Of a stretch of 64,000 nt of DNA, positions 17,600 through 26,708 are shown piece after piece. The DNA lies in assembly GCA_020635075.1 (NCBI GenBank), contig JACKAM010000002.1, positions 365,896-429,895 on the forward strand. Direction: 5' to 3'. Each line of letters opens with the position of its first letter. Position 1 is the first letter of the stretch. The notes under the pieces are model-generated. The model searched no databases. It saw only the letters and a list, made by a program, of their open reading frames with translations, and had not been told where the DNA came from. Made by a program: the position numbers and the translations under genes. The stretch is from Pseudobdellovibrionaceae bacterium (lineage in GTDB: Bacteria; Bdellovibrionota; Bdellovibrionia; Bdellovibrionales; UBA1609).

Positions 17600-17830
17600 A
17601 GTTTGCTTTTTCCGTAACCGGTGCTCCGTAACCTGTAAACGTTTCCGGGACGGTTTCCGAATCCGGGCGGTGATCCGTTTTCCGGTAAGAAAATGTAAAC
17701 TATGTCTCCGGTATATTCTGTAAACTATGTACCCGGTATGTACCCCGGTATGTACCGAAAACCACTAACGGTACCGGAAACTGGCACGGCAACGCTTACG
17801 GGTTACAGATCACGGGTTACGGAGAATTAA
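17600..17830. repeat. Second ACGG/CCGT-rich repeat array, with a 25-nt tandem repeat (17694-17718 and 17719-17743)
   Basis: Examples: tCCGTAACCGGtgctCCGTAACC; TGTAAACTATGTctCCGGTAT / TGTAAACTATGTacCCGGTAT; cttACGGgttacagatcACGGgttACGG. It lies in the convergent intergenic region. Confidence 0.8.
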
Positions 17831-17863
17831 CTCCCTGCTTCCACGAATAGGACCTGGAACCTT

Positions 17864-18055
17864 TTAGGATTCGAGTTGGGCGAGGATCTCTTTGACCGAT
17901 CCTTTGATGGCGAATTTGAAGCCGGCGACGAAGAGTTTTACATGACCTTCAACTCGGCTGCTGGCGGGGGACTCTTCCAGAACATCAACGGATTCTTTGC
18001 GAACCACGATGGTGGTGTTATCCGTTGTTTTGAGCTCGATGTACTTTTTGCTCAT
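17864..18055 (-). CDS. Small hypothetical protein (63 aa)
   Basis: ORF only. It sits upstream of nothing recognisable and has no recognisable motif. Confidence 0.4.
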   Translation of the reverse strand: MSKKYIELKTTDNTTIVVRKESVDVLEESPASSRVEGHVKLFVAGFKFAIKGSVKEILAQLES

Positions 18056-18087
18056 AACCGCCCCTCCTTGCTGCTGATTCTTCTATG

Positions 18088-18831
18088 TTACGCGTGAAAA
18101 AAGCTAGAGACAACTTTTGCCAGTTGGTTGGGCTGGTCCAGGTGGACCCGGTGTCCTGCACCTGGAACGAAGGCCAGGTGTTGGATCACCTTTTGTGCCT
18201 TCAAGACCTCATAGAGCTGGACGTACTTCCTGTCCTTTTGGCCCGCCACCCATAAAACAGGGACTGGCAAACTCCTGAGCTGGGATTCAGTAAACCCATG
18301 TCGCGTGGGCGACCATTCAACTAAGGCCTGAGCTAACAATTGGCGGGTTTGTTCGTTCTCAGCCAATTGGGAATTGGTCGTCGAGTTTTGTAGGACTTGG
18401 TTTTGATTCCACTCTTGCCAGAGCTGATCCCAGGGCAAAGATTGAAACTTCTCAGCCCAGGTCGATTCCCAGAACTGACGACTCCGAATCTCTTCCTCTT
18501 CATTGATCCCCGGATGTGAAGAAATCAGAACGGCAGAAGAAAACAACTCTGGATGGCGGCAAAGAGCATGAAGGAGCAAGCGACCACCAAGCGAGTAACC
18601 AATGGCCCTGACCGGCTTTCCTTGTCCACGATCTTTGATCTCTTTGACAAAGTGATGGGTCCAAGTCGCGATATTGTTTACAGGAGAAAGGGGCCCGGGG
18701 AAAAACAAGTCCGGAAGCCAAACCGAGTCGGGGGATGTTTCTGTCACAACCGATTCGAACAAGGGGCGCAAATCCCCGCCTTGTCCCCCAAAGCCGTGAA
18801 GACCCACCCAAAACATCAGTGGTCCTTCCAC
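18088..18831 (-). CDS. menH: Alpha/beta hydrolase, probable SHCHC synthase
   Basis: Motifs GLHGFGG...GYSLGGRLLL (nucleophile elbow) and a C-terminal GAGHRVH. It overlaps menD by 16 nt within a menF-menD-menH string. Confidence 0.7.
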   Translation of the reverse strand: MEGPLMFWVGLHGFGGQGGDLRPLFESVVTETSPDSVWLPDLFFPGPLSPVNNIATWTHHFVKEIKDRGQGKPVRAIGYSLGGRLLLHALCRHPELFSSAVLISSHPGINEEEEIRSRQFWESTWAEKFQSLPWDQLWQEWNQNQVLQNSTTNSQLAENEQTRQLLAQALVEWSPTRHGFTESQLRSLPVPVLWVAGQKDRKYVQLYEVLKAQKVIQHLAFVPGAGHRVHLDQPNQLAKVVSSFFHA

Positions 18832-20390
18832 ATTTGTTCGTACTGTTGCCAGAATCTTTGTGTGGCTTCATCATTGGGGCGAATCTCAATGATCACTTGC
18901 TTGGCCAGCTCAGGAAGTTTTTCCGGCACCCGCCGCCACAAGTGGTAATCGAGACCCCACATTTCAGCAAAAGACTCAAAACTCAAGCTATGTTGATTTT
19001 CGAACAGTGGATCAGCAAACAGCCGGCGAAAAATCTGCCCACCCCGATTGTTAATCACCACGATGCGAATCTTGTGTTGCTGACAAAACCTCAAGGCCCA
19101 AGGAGCATTGAGGTCATACAAGGCTGACAAATCACCCAGGATCAACCAATTCTCCTGGTCTGCTGTCGCACTACCAAGAAATGTGGCAATCAACCCGTCA
19201 ATGCCATTGGCCCCACGATTGGCCATGGGGACATGATCACTCCCCGATACCCCTGCCACCAAATCCCACTCACGAATCGGCAGACTATTACCCAAGAAGA
19301 CATGACTGCCTGAGGGAATCATTCTCGCTAATTCGTAAAATACCGCGGGCTCTGAGTGAGGGTCGGTCTCTAGCAGCTTCTTCAGACGATCCCTCTGAGC
19401 CTGCTGGCAATCGAGCCACTTACTCTGATCTTGCGAGAAGCCCTGAATCAACTCTAAAGCTGCAAGAGGAAGCGGTTCGACCTTAATCCGCGCCAAGCCC
19501 GAAAAGGAACGCTGACTAAAAGAGAGCACTGGCCAATGACCGAGTTTTGATTCCAAATCCCGCCACAAGCGGGTGGTGGGGATTCCTCCAATACGAATCA
19601 CTCCATCAAACTCATTCATAAACGAGGAGCTTTTAAATACCCCTTCGCCCAAATTCAGTCGCCAGGGCTTTAATTCGCTTCGTCCATAAAGCCCTGAGCT
19701 CGCCTCAAGATAAACGGGTCGTTTCCACTCTAAGACTTTTTTTATCACCAGTTCTCTTTTGTTGGTGGGAAGTTCACTCACCACGATGAGAGGTTTTTGG
19801 CAGTTCTGCAAAAACTCTTGGACCCTATCCTGGCTAAGAGCCACGCGATCTTGAACAAAGTCGCTTTCAGCTCCCGGCCGAGGAACAATAGTCCACATCC
19901 CCAACTCCCCGTCTATCAGTGGTTCATCAAAGCTGACATTGATATGGGTGGGAGCATGATCGGCCAAAGTGATTTCTCCGGGTTCCTCCCCCAAGAAATC
20001 AAACTCATTTTGAACGTAGGTCGAAAAAATCCCCACCTGCTCAATGGCCTGAGGGGCTCCCGTCCCGCGGTAATTTGGCGGTCGATCGGCTGTGACCAAC
20101 ACCAGAGGAAGTCCCGAGTACCAAGCTTCAATAGTGGCCGGTAGAAGTTCGGCCGCCGCTGTTCCAGAAGTGGTGACCACCGCCACCGGACAATTCGTCC
20201 GGCGAATGCGACCGAGAGCAAAAAAGGCGGCGGCTCTCTCATCAAAAAAGGGCAACACCTGAAGGCCTGAACAAACAGACAGTGCTTTGACCAGCGGGGC
20301 ATTGCGAGCACCTGCACACAAAAGAACCTCGGCCACTCCTTGATGAGCGAGCTGAGTTAATAGCTTTTGGGCACCCAACATCTGCTTCAT
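18816..20390 (-). CDS. menD: 2-succinyl-5-enolpyruvyl-6-hydroxy-3-cyclohexene-1-carboxylate (SEPHCHC) synthase, ThDP-dependent
   Basis: 524 aa. The N-terminus LLCAGARNAPL...TSGTAAAELLPA and the ThDP-binding region GDLSALYDLN..NNRGGQIF are typical of MenD. Operon context supports the call. Confidence 0.85.
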   Translation of the reverse strand: MKQMLGAQKLLTQLAHQGVAEVLLCAGARNAPLVKALSVCSGLQVLPFFDERAAAFFALGRIRRTNCPVAVVTTSGTAAAELLPATIEAWYSGLPLVLVTADRPPNYRGTGAPQAIEQVGIFSTYVQNEFDFLGEEPGEITLADHAPTHINVSFDEPLIDGELGMWTIVPRPGAESDFVQDRVALSQDRVQEFLQNCQKPLIVVSELPTNKRELVIKKVLEWKRPVYLEASSGLYGRSELKPWRLNLGEGVFKSSSFMNEFDGVIRIGGIPTTRLWRDLESKLGHWPVLSFSQRSFSGLARIKVEPLPLAALELIQGFSQDQSKWLDCQQAQRDRLKKLLETDPHSEPAVFYELARMIPSGSHVFLGNSLPIREWDLVAGVSGSDHVPMANRGANGIDGLIATFLGSATADQENWLILGDLSALYDLNAPWALRFCQQHKIRIVVINNRGGQIFRRLFADPLFENQHSLSFESFAEMWGLDYHLWRRVPEKLPELAKQVIIEIRPNDEATQRFWQQYEQMWKDH

Positions 20391-21463
20391 AGACCAAGTG
20401 ACTCCAGCACAAATTGCTTTTTTAATTCTAACTCACGCCACTCAGCCTCGGCCTGACTTTGCGCCACCACCCCACAGCCAACGGGAAGTAAACTTCCCTG
20501 TTTTGACCACTGAAGATTGCGAATGGCGACCAAACACCAAGAATTGCCCTCGGGGTCACTCACTCCAAAGGGTGCACCAAAACGTGGGGCCTGACGAGTG
20601 CGGTTTTTCCTCAACCACTGCAATCCCGCTTGGCGGGGATAGGCTCCAAGGGCCGGCGTCGGATGCAGAAGTCGAACACAGTCTTCGAAGTTGGGAACAT
20701 GGGAAGACTTTAACTCTACAAATAAATCAGTTTTTAAGTGAGTCAGAGTTCCTAAATTGAGTTCATCCGTGTTGCCCATATTCACTGTTCCCAGCTCACT
20801 CAGTCGTTGATGCAAGTCTTCAACGACAATCTGATGCTCAGCTCTCTCTTTTTTGTCGGCAAGAAGCTCCCCTGCAGGGAAGCCACTCCGGCGCGTGCCC
20901 GCCAAAGCCATGGTCTGCAATTGACTCCCTGATAACTGAAACAACAGCTCGGGGGTCAGACCAATCATGCCTTCTGATGGGGTCCAAAACCCAAAGGTGT
21001 GCAGAGCCGGGTGAGCCCGCTCCACCGATTGAGCGCGAAGGATCAATTGGGCCACATCCTGAGAACTTGGCACCCACTCCGATTGGGCCACCACCACCGG
21101 CACGGCCTTTCTTAGTTCCCCTTGGGCAAAGAGCTGCTGAAGATCTTCAAATTGAGAGAAAAAGCTCCCCTGATTTCCCAGGTTCCAGCTCGCATTGATG
21201 CGATTTGTTAGTCCGTCAACCCCCTGCTCCTCATGACTCGCGAGGAAAAACACCTCTTCGGGGGTCCACCAAGGCTGTGGATCTTCAAGAAAGAAATCGG
21301 GCAAATAGAAGTTCCAGGCCCCAGGTTCCGGAGTGGCACCACGGGCCCTGAGCCCGCAACCAAGTAGAATTTGCCCGGACGGCAGAGAAAGGCAAAACCC
21401 TTCACTTGGGAGAATCGTCCCATCTGGCCATGTTTCCGGTAATTCGGGGCTTTTCTTTGACAT
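20387..21463 (-). CDS. menF: Isochorismate synthase (short form)
   Basis: Chorismate-binding motifs MALAGTRR, LHPTPALGAYP and GAPFG. A 4-nt ATGA-type overlap joins it to menD. Confidence 0.75.
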   Translation of the reverse strand: MSKKSPELPETWPDGTILPSEGFCLSLPSGQILLGCGLRARGATPEPGAWNFYLPDFFLEDPQPWWTPEEVFFLASHEEQGVDGLTNRINASWNLGNQGSFFSQFEDLQQLFAQGELRKAVPVVVAQSEWVPSSQDVAQLILRAQSVERAHPALHTFGFWTPSEGMIGLTPELLFQLSGSQLQTMALAGTRRSGFPAGELLADKKERAEHQIVVEDLHQRLSELGTVNMGNTDELNLGTLTHLKTDLFVELKSSHVPNFEDCVRLLHPTPALGAYPRQAGLQWLRKNRTRQAPRFGAPFGVSDPEGNSWCLVAIRNLQWSKQGSLLPVGCGVVAQSQAEAEWRELELKKQFVLESLGL

Positions 21464-21602
21464 CTTCTCCTCAGCCCTTTAACTCAATCTTCAAAAAGAC
21501 TAGAGATGCCTGCCGCTTTGCTGTATGTTACGAGGGTTCCACGCCAGGCCCTTTAGGCTGGGTTATGCGACAAACATCTCGAATCGGCAAGCTGAGGTGA
21601 CA

Positions 21603-22406
21603 ATGACTGAGAAGGCTTCACCCGTCAAGGTGGGTCAAATTTCAATAGGCGGAAATAATGGCGGATTTGCTGTTATCGCCGGCCCCTGCTCCATTGAGTC
21701 TCAGGAGCAGATGAGCACCATTGCTGAGAGTGTGAAGTCCAATGGCGCCGTGGCTTTGCGCGGAGGCATGTTTAAGTTGCGGACTGATCCCAACTCTTTC
21801 CAGGGACTCGGCCGTGAAGCCTTTGAAATTGTTCGTAAAGTAAAGGCCTCAACGAATCTGCCCTTTTTCTGTGAAGTCACCGATCCCCGACAAATCAGCG
21901 ACATGATGGAATTTGTAGACGCCTTTCAGGTCGGCTCCCGTAATATGCACAACTACGCTCTGTTGAAGGAGCTGGGACAAACGGACAAGCCTGTTCTTTT
22001 GAAGCGCGGGTTTTCTGGTTTGGTGAAAGAGTGGATCTTGGCCGCTGACTACGTCGTCAGTGGCGGCAACGACCAAGTGATTCTTTGCGAGCGGGGCATT
22101 CGCACATTTGAAACCTGCACACGAAATACTTTTGATCTCAATGCCATCGCTCATGTGAAAGAGTATTCCAGCTACCCGGTGGTGGCTGACCCTTCTCATG
22201 CGACAGGTGACAGCCGACTGGTGATTCCCATGTCTTTGGCGGCAGCTGCAGCTGGTGCCGATGGTTTAATTGTTGAAGTTCATCATCAGCCGGATCAGGC
22301 CAAGTCCGACGGCTTTCAAGCCTTAGATTTGGATCAGTTTAAAACTCTGATGATTCGTCTGGAGAAAGTTCTGACTGCTCTCGACCGTCCCCTGGCCAAG
22401 GTCTAA
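21603..22406 (+). CDS. aroF: 3-deoxy-7-phosphoheptulonate (DAHP) synthase, type I-beta (KDO8PS-like)
   Basis: Motifs IAGPCSIES, LRGGMFKLRT, FQVGSRNM, LLKRG and ADPSHATG. I prefer the ATG at 21603, after GAGGTGA, over the track start at 21525. Confidence 0.85.
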   Translation: MTEKASPVKVGQISIGGNNGGFAVIAGPCSIESQEQMSTIAESVKSNGAVALRGGMFKLRTDPNSFQGLGREAFEIVRKVKASTNLPFFCEVTDPRQISDMMEFVDAFQVGSRNMHNYALLKELGQTDKPVLLKRGFSGLVKEWILAADYVVSGGNDQVILCERGIRTFETCTRNTFDLNAIAHVKEYSSYPVVADPSHATGDSRLVIPMSLAAAAAGADGLIVEVHHQPDQAKSDGFQALDLDQFKTLMIRLEKVLTALDRPLAKV

Positions 22407-23129
22407 GTGATGACCACCCAACACCACGGCCCAGATCCCGAATTTATCAAAGGACTCTTTGGCTCTATCTCTGGCGGCTATGACCGCGCCAATGATCTGA
22501 TGACTTTTGGTGTGGCCCGCTTTTGGCGCAAGCAATTGGTCAAATGGAGTGAGGCTCAGCAGGGCGACAGGGTTTTGGATTGTGCAACCGGTACGGGTGA
22601 TTTGGCTTTGGCCTTTGCGGAAAAAGTCGGCCCAACCGGTCAGGTCGTCGGTTCTGACTTTTGCCCCGAGATGCTCGCCGTTGCCCCTGAAAAGGCCAGA
22701 AAACTTGGCGTGACCTGGGCCTCGTTTGAAGTGGCTGACGCTCTTGATCTTCCCTATGAAGACAATTCCTTTAATGTCACCAGCATTGCCTTTGGCATTC
22801 GTAATGTGCAAGACCCGGTTAAAGCCCTACGGGAAATGGCGCGTGTCACTCAACCCGGCGGGCGAGTGATGATTTTGGAAACCGGTGACAACCGCATGCC
22901 GGTTGTGGGCCCAATGATTCAGTTTTACTTTAAAGTGGGCGTTCCCTTTTTAGGTGGTCTGGTGACCGGCAAGAAATCGGCCTACGAGTATCTGAACAAC
23001 TCGTCCAACAAGTTCCCTGGTCAGAAGAAGTTCTTGGATTTGATGAGAGCTTCTCAAGCCTTCAGCCAGGTGGAGTGCCGCTCTCTTCTCGGCGGCGCCA
23101 GTTATCTCTATAAAGGTGTTGTCGCCTAG
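22407..23129 (+). CDS. ubiE: Demethylmenaquinone/ubiquinone C-methyltransferase
   Basis: Motifs FGSISGGYDRANDLMTFGVARFWRK and VLDCATGTGDLA (SAM motif I), plus AFGIRNV. Confidence 0.85.
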   Translation: MMTTQHHGPDPEFIKGLFGSISGGYDRANDLMTFGVARFWRKQLVKWSEAQQGDRVLDCATGTGDLALAFAEKVGPTGQVVGSDFCPEMLAVAPEKARKLGVTWASFEVADALDLPYEDNSFNVTSIAFGIRNVQDPVKALREMARVTQPGGRVMILETGDNRMPVVGPMIQFYFKVGVPFLGGLVTGKKSAYEYLNNSSNKFPGQKKFLDLMRASQAFSQVECRSLLGGASYLYKGVVA

Positions 23130-24655
23130 GCGGCCAAGATTTTCCGTCTGCCGTCCATTTTCTTCTGCACAGAACTGAGCACTTCGCGAAATTGCCGACT
23201 GGTAAATGGCTTGTCGAGTTTTTCATCGACGGAAACACTTGCCTCACTGGTATCCAATGAGTCCAGAAAGCCGGAAATGACCACCACAAGGAGCTCTGGA
23301 AAGGCTCCACGGACCTGACGGATAAACTCCATTCCGTCCATGACCGGCATTTTCAAATCAGTAAAGACGATGGCCACATCAGGATGGCTGATCACTTTCT
23401 CCAGCCCCTCCTGGCCATTCTTTGCAGTAATCACCTGAAAGCCTTCTTCCTCCAGTCGTTCTTTGATCACCCGACGGACCAACTGCTCGTCATCCACGAC
23501 CAGGGCCTTCACCTTGTCTTTAGAACCATCATCTTTTATCGCCGGGAACTTCATTTCAAAACAAGTTCCCTTGTCGTTTGAGTACTTAAGCTTCAAACTT
23601 CCTTTGTGAGCACGCAAAATTCCCGAGCAGACAGACAACCCCAGTCCCGTCCCTTTGCCGACAGCCTTGGTGGTAAAGAAAGGATTTAGGATACTGTCTT
23701 GAACCTCTTTAGGAATAGCCGGTCCAGTGTTCCAGATCTCGACAAGAGTGTAATCGGAGGATGGAGTCACCGTAATAGTGATCTTTCGCACTTCATAGGA
23801 GGCTTCTTCCATCGCATCCATGGCATTGTTGATCATGTTGACCACGACCTGCTCAATCTGGGTGCGGTTACCCTTGACCATCACTCCCGCAGGACATTCC
23901 ACCTTAATTTCAACTCCAAGAAAGTTGGATCGATGCTGAACCAGCAATAGACCCTCGTTCATCACCCTTGCTAGATCCATTTTATCCATCTTGCCGTCAG
24001 GAGCTCGGGCGATGTTCTTCATTTGGGTGACGATTTGGGACATCCTCTCGACTGAACGATAGATGGGGTCCACCAATCGCCTGACTTCTTCCTCTGAGAG
24101 AGCATTTTTAGAAGCTTTCAGTTCGAGTAGCTCCGCCTGCCCTTGAATCACCATTAGAGGGTTATTCATTTCGTGGGCCACCGAGGCCGCAATTTTACCC
24201 AGATCAGCCAGTTTGGCCATGTGGTAAACCGACTTCAAATCCTCAGCCAGCTTTTGCTTTTCTTTGACCCCTTTCGTGTGGTCAAAAAAGGTGACCATTA
24301 ACAACTCATGGCCAGCGACGACAATGCCTGAAAAGGAACAGATCACCGGAACACTTCGTCCACTCTTTCGCACAATCGATAGATCATGTTCAACCGGGGT
24401 AAAGACCTCAAACTCCAGATTGTAAAGATCGGAAATGGAATTCAGAGTCTCTTTGGCCTTACCATCAAATAGAACAGACCAAGACTGTTGAACAAGATTC
24501 TCTTCTGCCACCCCCATGAGCTCCTCAAACTGGTAGTTGGCATAGATAATCTCAAGAGTCTTGAGTTCAACCAAAACAACAGGAAGCCCCAAGCGATGGA
24601 GCCAAGGTCTGACTTCTTTGGTGATTTCCTCGTGCTTAACGTCCTGGGTGGACAA
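23126..24655 (-). CDS. Hybrid sensor histidine kinase (PAS-like, HisKA, HATPase, C-terminal receiver)
   Basis: H-box SVAHEMNNPL, N-box NMINNAMDAM, G-box GTGLGLSV, and receiver ALVVDDE...TDLKMPVMDG. Confidence 0.85.
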   Translation of the reverse strand: MSTQDVKHEEITKEVRPWLHRLGLPVVLVELKTLEIIYANYQFEELMGVAEENLVQQSWSVLFDGKAKETLNSISDLYNLEFEVFTPVEHDLSIVRKSGRSVPVICSFSGIVVAGHELLMVTFFDHTKGVKEKQKLAEDLKSVYHMAKLADLGKIAASVAHEMNNPLMVIQGQAELLELKASKNALSEEEVRRLVDPIYRSVERMSQIVTQMKNIARAPDGKMDKMDLARVMNEGLLLVQHRSNFLGVEIKVECPAGVMVKGNRTQIEQVVVNMINNAMDAMEEASYEVRKITITVTPSSDYTLVEIWNTGPAIPKEVQDSILNPFFTTKAVGKGTGLGLSVCSGILRAHKGSLKLKYSNDKGTCFEMKFPAIKDDGSKDKVKALVVDDEQLVRRVIKERLEEEGFQVITAKNGQEGLEKVISHPDVAIVFTDLKMPVMDGMEFIRQVRGAFPELLVVVISGFLDSLDTSEASVSVDEKLDKPFTSRQFREVLSSVQKKMDGRRKILAA

Positions 24656-24884
24656 TCGTGACTCCTTGAATGAACTGATGGCGCCGACTTGTTTCTGGAG
24701 ATCTTATCGACATTTACCTACGGAGGTCTTAACAAAAGAGCCGTCCTCACTCAGCATGAGACAATGACAAGGCTCTAGGTTTTGATCGAAGTCATTGTTG
24801 AAGGGAATTCCACATTTAGCACCGAGGATGGGGAGGACGTGGTGTTTTAAGATGAGACATTGAGAAGCTCACAGAGTCAGCTCT

Positions 24885-26708
24885 TTAGAGGCCTTGGGAC
24901 TGCCAAAACTTTCGCTGAAAATCGGCCTGAGTGCGAAACATGGCGACCCCCGATTCGTACTCAGCACCCACTCGTTCAGCATACTCCAATCCGGGAGAGT
25001 CCGCCGTGTAGTTGAGGTCAATCACCAGCTTGGGTTGCCATTCCCCGGGAGGCCAAACACTTGTCGCCTGGCGATTTCTGCCAACCGCCCAGATCACCAC
25101 ATCGGGTAAAAAACCCTCGGGTCCGGGGCCAGCTCTTTCCTCACCACTTCGCGCTGAAAAAAACCGGGCATGGGGGATCACATCCCGCAAGGCCCCCTTT
25201 GTGCCTCCTCCTCCCCAGACTGCAACGGACACACCTTCTGGAAGCCCTTGAAGTTGAACCTTAATGCCCTCCAAATCGGTGTTGTCAACCATCCACTTGT
25301 TGTCAGCTCGCAAGGCCAAGGTGTTAGCCGAGCCCAAACTCTCGGCTGAAGGGCTGCGATCATAAACCAGAGAGTGAATTTGGTTCTTCAATGGACTGGT
25401 GATGGCCGCGGCCCTGAGCCCCAACTCGCGAAGAAAATCCAAGGACTCCTGGGTCAGCTCGTCCTCATCCATTTCAATGGCCACAATCGGCATATTCCGT
25501 TCCGCAAAAAAAGCAGCCTGCTCCACGGGCGTCCAACTGTGGCGAATGGGTTTACCTATGACGGCTGCAAAGCTCTTCCAACTGTCTGGCACCGAAAGCC
25601 AATCGGAAAGTGAGGGCTGATCTGGCGCCGAGCCTCTGCCTTCCCGCCAAAACCCATAGACCATCTTTTTTCCCATCAACTGGCGGTACCACTTCCAACG
25701 GCCGTCTTTTGAACGAGGCAGAAACACCCGTCGATGGGGATCCAAAGACCACCACTGATGGCCTTCCTCCAACTCCTCAAAAGAATTCACCTCTACGGCC
25801 ATCTTCAAAACACTCAGCCGCCACTTTTTTCCGACTTCAGTGAACTGCTCTAAAACGGCATCGAGGCTTTGATCACCCCGTTCGTGTTGAGAAATGATTG
25901 GGGGATCTTCTCCCTCTGGCGGCATTCCCAATTCCAGAGCCCAATCCCAAATGCCAGCTGTCGATCGAGCCAAGCTAACTTGGTTACTCAATCGCAAACT
26001 GGCAATGCGTCTTTCGTAAGGAATCACCTCACAGGCCCATTGCAATTGCTCGCCATTGATAAGATCCTCGCGCAGCTCGAACATCACATCAGGCCATTTG
26101 AGTCTCTTTTGCAGATACCAATGAGCCGCATCTTCGCTGCGGAGAAATTCCGGCATGACCGTCAAGACCCCACCGACATGGGGTGTTTCGACCTCCCAGA
26201 ACAACTGGTCTCCCTGGTGCAAGAGTTCATCAAGCCCTTCCTGACGGTCAAAGATTTCATCGGCCCACTCGGCATAGCGCTGATCCCGGTCACCGTAATG
26301 ATAGTGGTACTCATCATAAGAGGACCGCATTTGCGTCAACCGCGGACGATTGCGAAAGATACGTCCAGACTCGTCACTCGGTCGGCGCAACCAAATGGTG
26401 TGAACACCTTCTGGCGGATAAGAACCATAACCAGCACCTACGGCAATAAAAGTGTCCGGCGGGTTGTCTTGGTACTTCCTCACCAAGGCCTCAAGGTGGC
26501 TCACTTCCAACTGGCGGAAAGTCTGTTCACCATCTGCGGCAAAAATCTCGGCAACAGTTTTACCCGTTGCCTGCTCAATCACCGTATCCAAATCAAAATA
26601 TCTACGATCAGGTAAGGCTTCTTTCAAAGCTCTGAGCCAAGATGTCTTCCCCGTTCCCCGATGTCCGACGATCAAGACAATCATGGATGTACCCCAAGGC
26701 TTGTCCAA
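24885..26708 (-). CDS. Trifunctional fusion: shikimate kinase, type I 3-dehydroquinate dehydratase-like domain, shikimate dehydrogenase
   Basis: 607 aa. The N-terminus has the Walker A GHRGTGKTS plus a shikimate kinase-like FRQLE. The middle has MFELREDL, IISQHE, LKMAVEV and GSAPDQPS (type I DHQase-like). The C-terminus has ITSPLKN, NTDLEG and VWGGGGTKGA (AroE-like). Confidence 0.75.
   Translation of the reverse strand: MDKPWGTSMIVLIVGHRGTGKTSWLRALKEALPDRRYFDLDTVIEQATGKTVAEIFAADGEQTFRQLEVSHLEALVRKYQDNPPDTFIAVGAGYGSYPPEGVHTIWLRRPSDESGRIFRNRPRLTQMRSSYDEYHYHYGDRDQRYAEWADEIFDRQEGLDELLHQGDQLFWEVETPHVGGVLTVMPEFLRSEDAAHWYLQKRLKWPDVMFELREDLINGEQLQWACEVIPYERRIASLRLSNQVSLARSTAGIWDWALELGMPPEGEDPPIISQHERGDQSLDAVLEQFTEVGKKWRLSVLKMAVEVNSFEELEEGHQWWSLDPHRRVFLPRSKDGRWKWYRQLMGKKMVYGFWREGRGSAPDQPSLSDWLSVPDSWKSFAAVIGKPIRHSWTPVEQAAFFAERNMPIVAIEMDEDELTQESLDFLRELGLRAAAITSPLKNQIHSLVYDRSPSAESLGSANTLALRADNKWMVDNTDLEGIKVQLQGLPEGVSVAVWGGGGTKGALRDVIPHARFFSARSGEERAGPGPEGFLPDVVIWAVGRNRQATSVWPPGEWQPKLVIDLNYTADSPGLEYAERVGAEYESGVAMFRTQADFQRKFWQSQGL

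Noticed and set aside
17694-17743. Possible CRISPR-like array (repeated 25-mers)
   Set aside because: There are only two directly abutting units, with no spacers and no cas genes. It is a simple tandem duplication.
15335-17863. Diversity-generating retroelement (Avd-like gene present)
   Set aside because: No reverse transcriptase ORF exists in the window. I found no template/variable repeat pair with adenine-specific differences.
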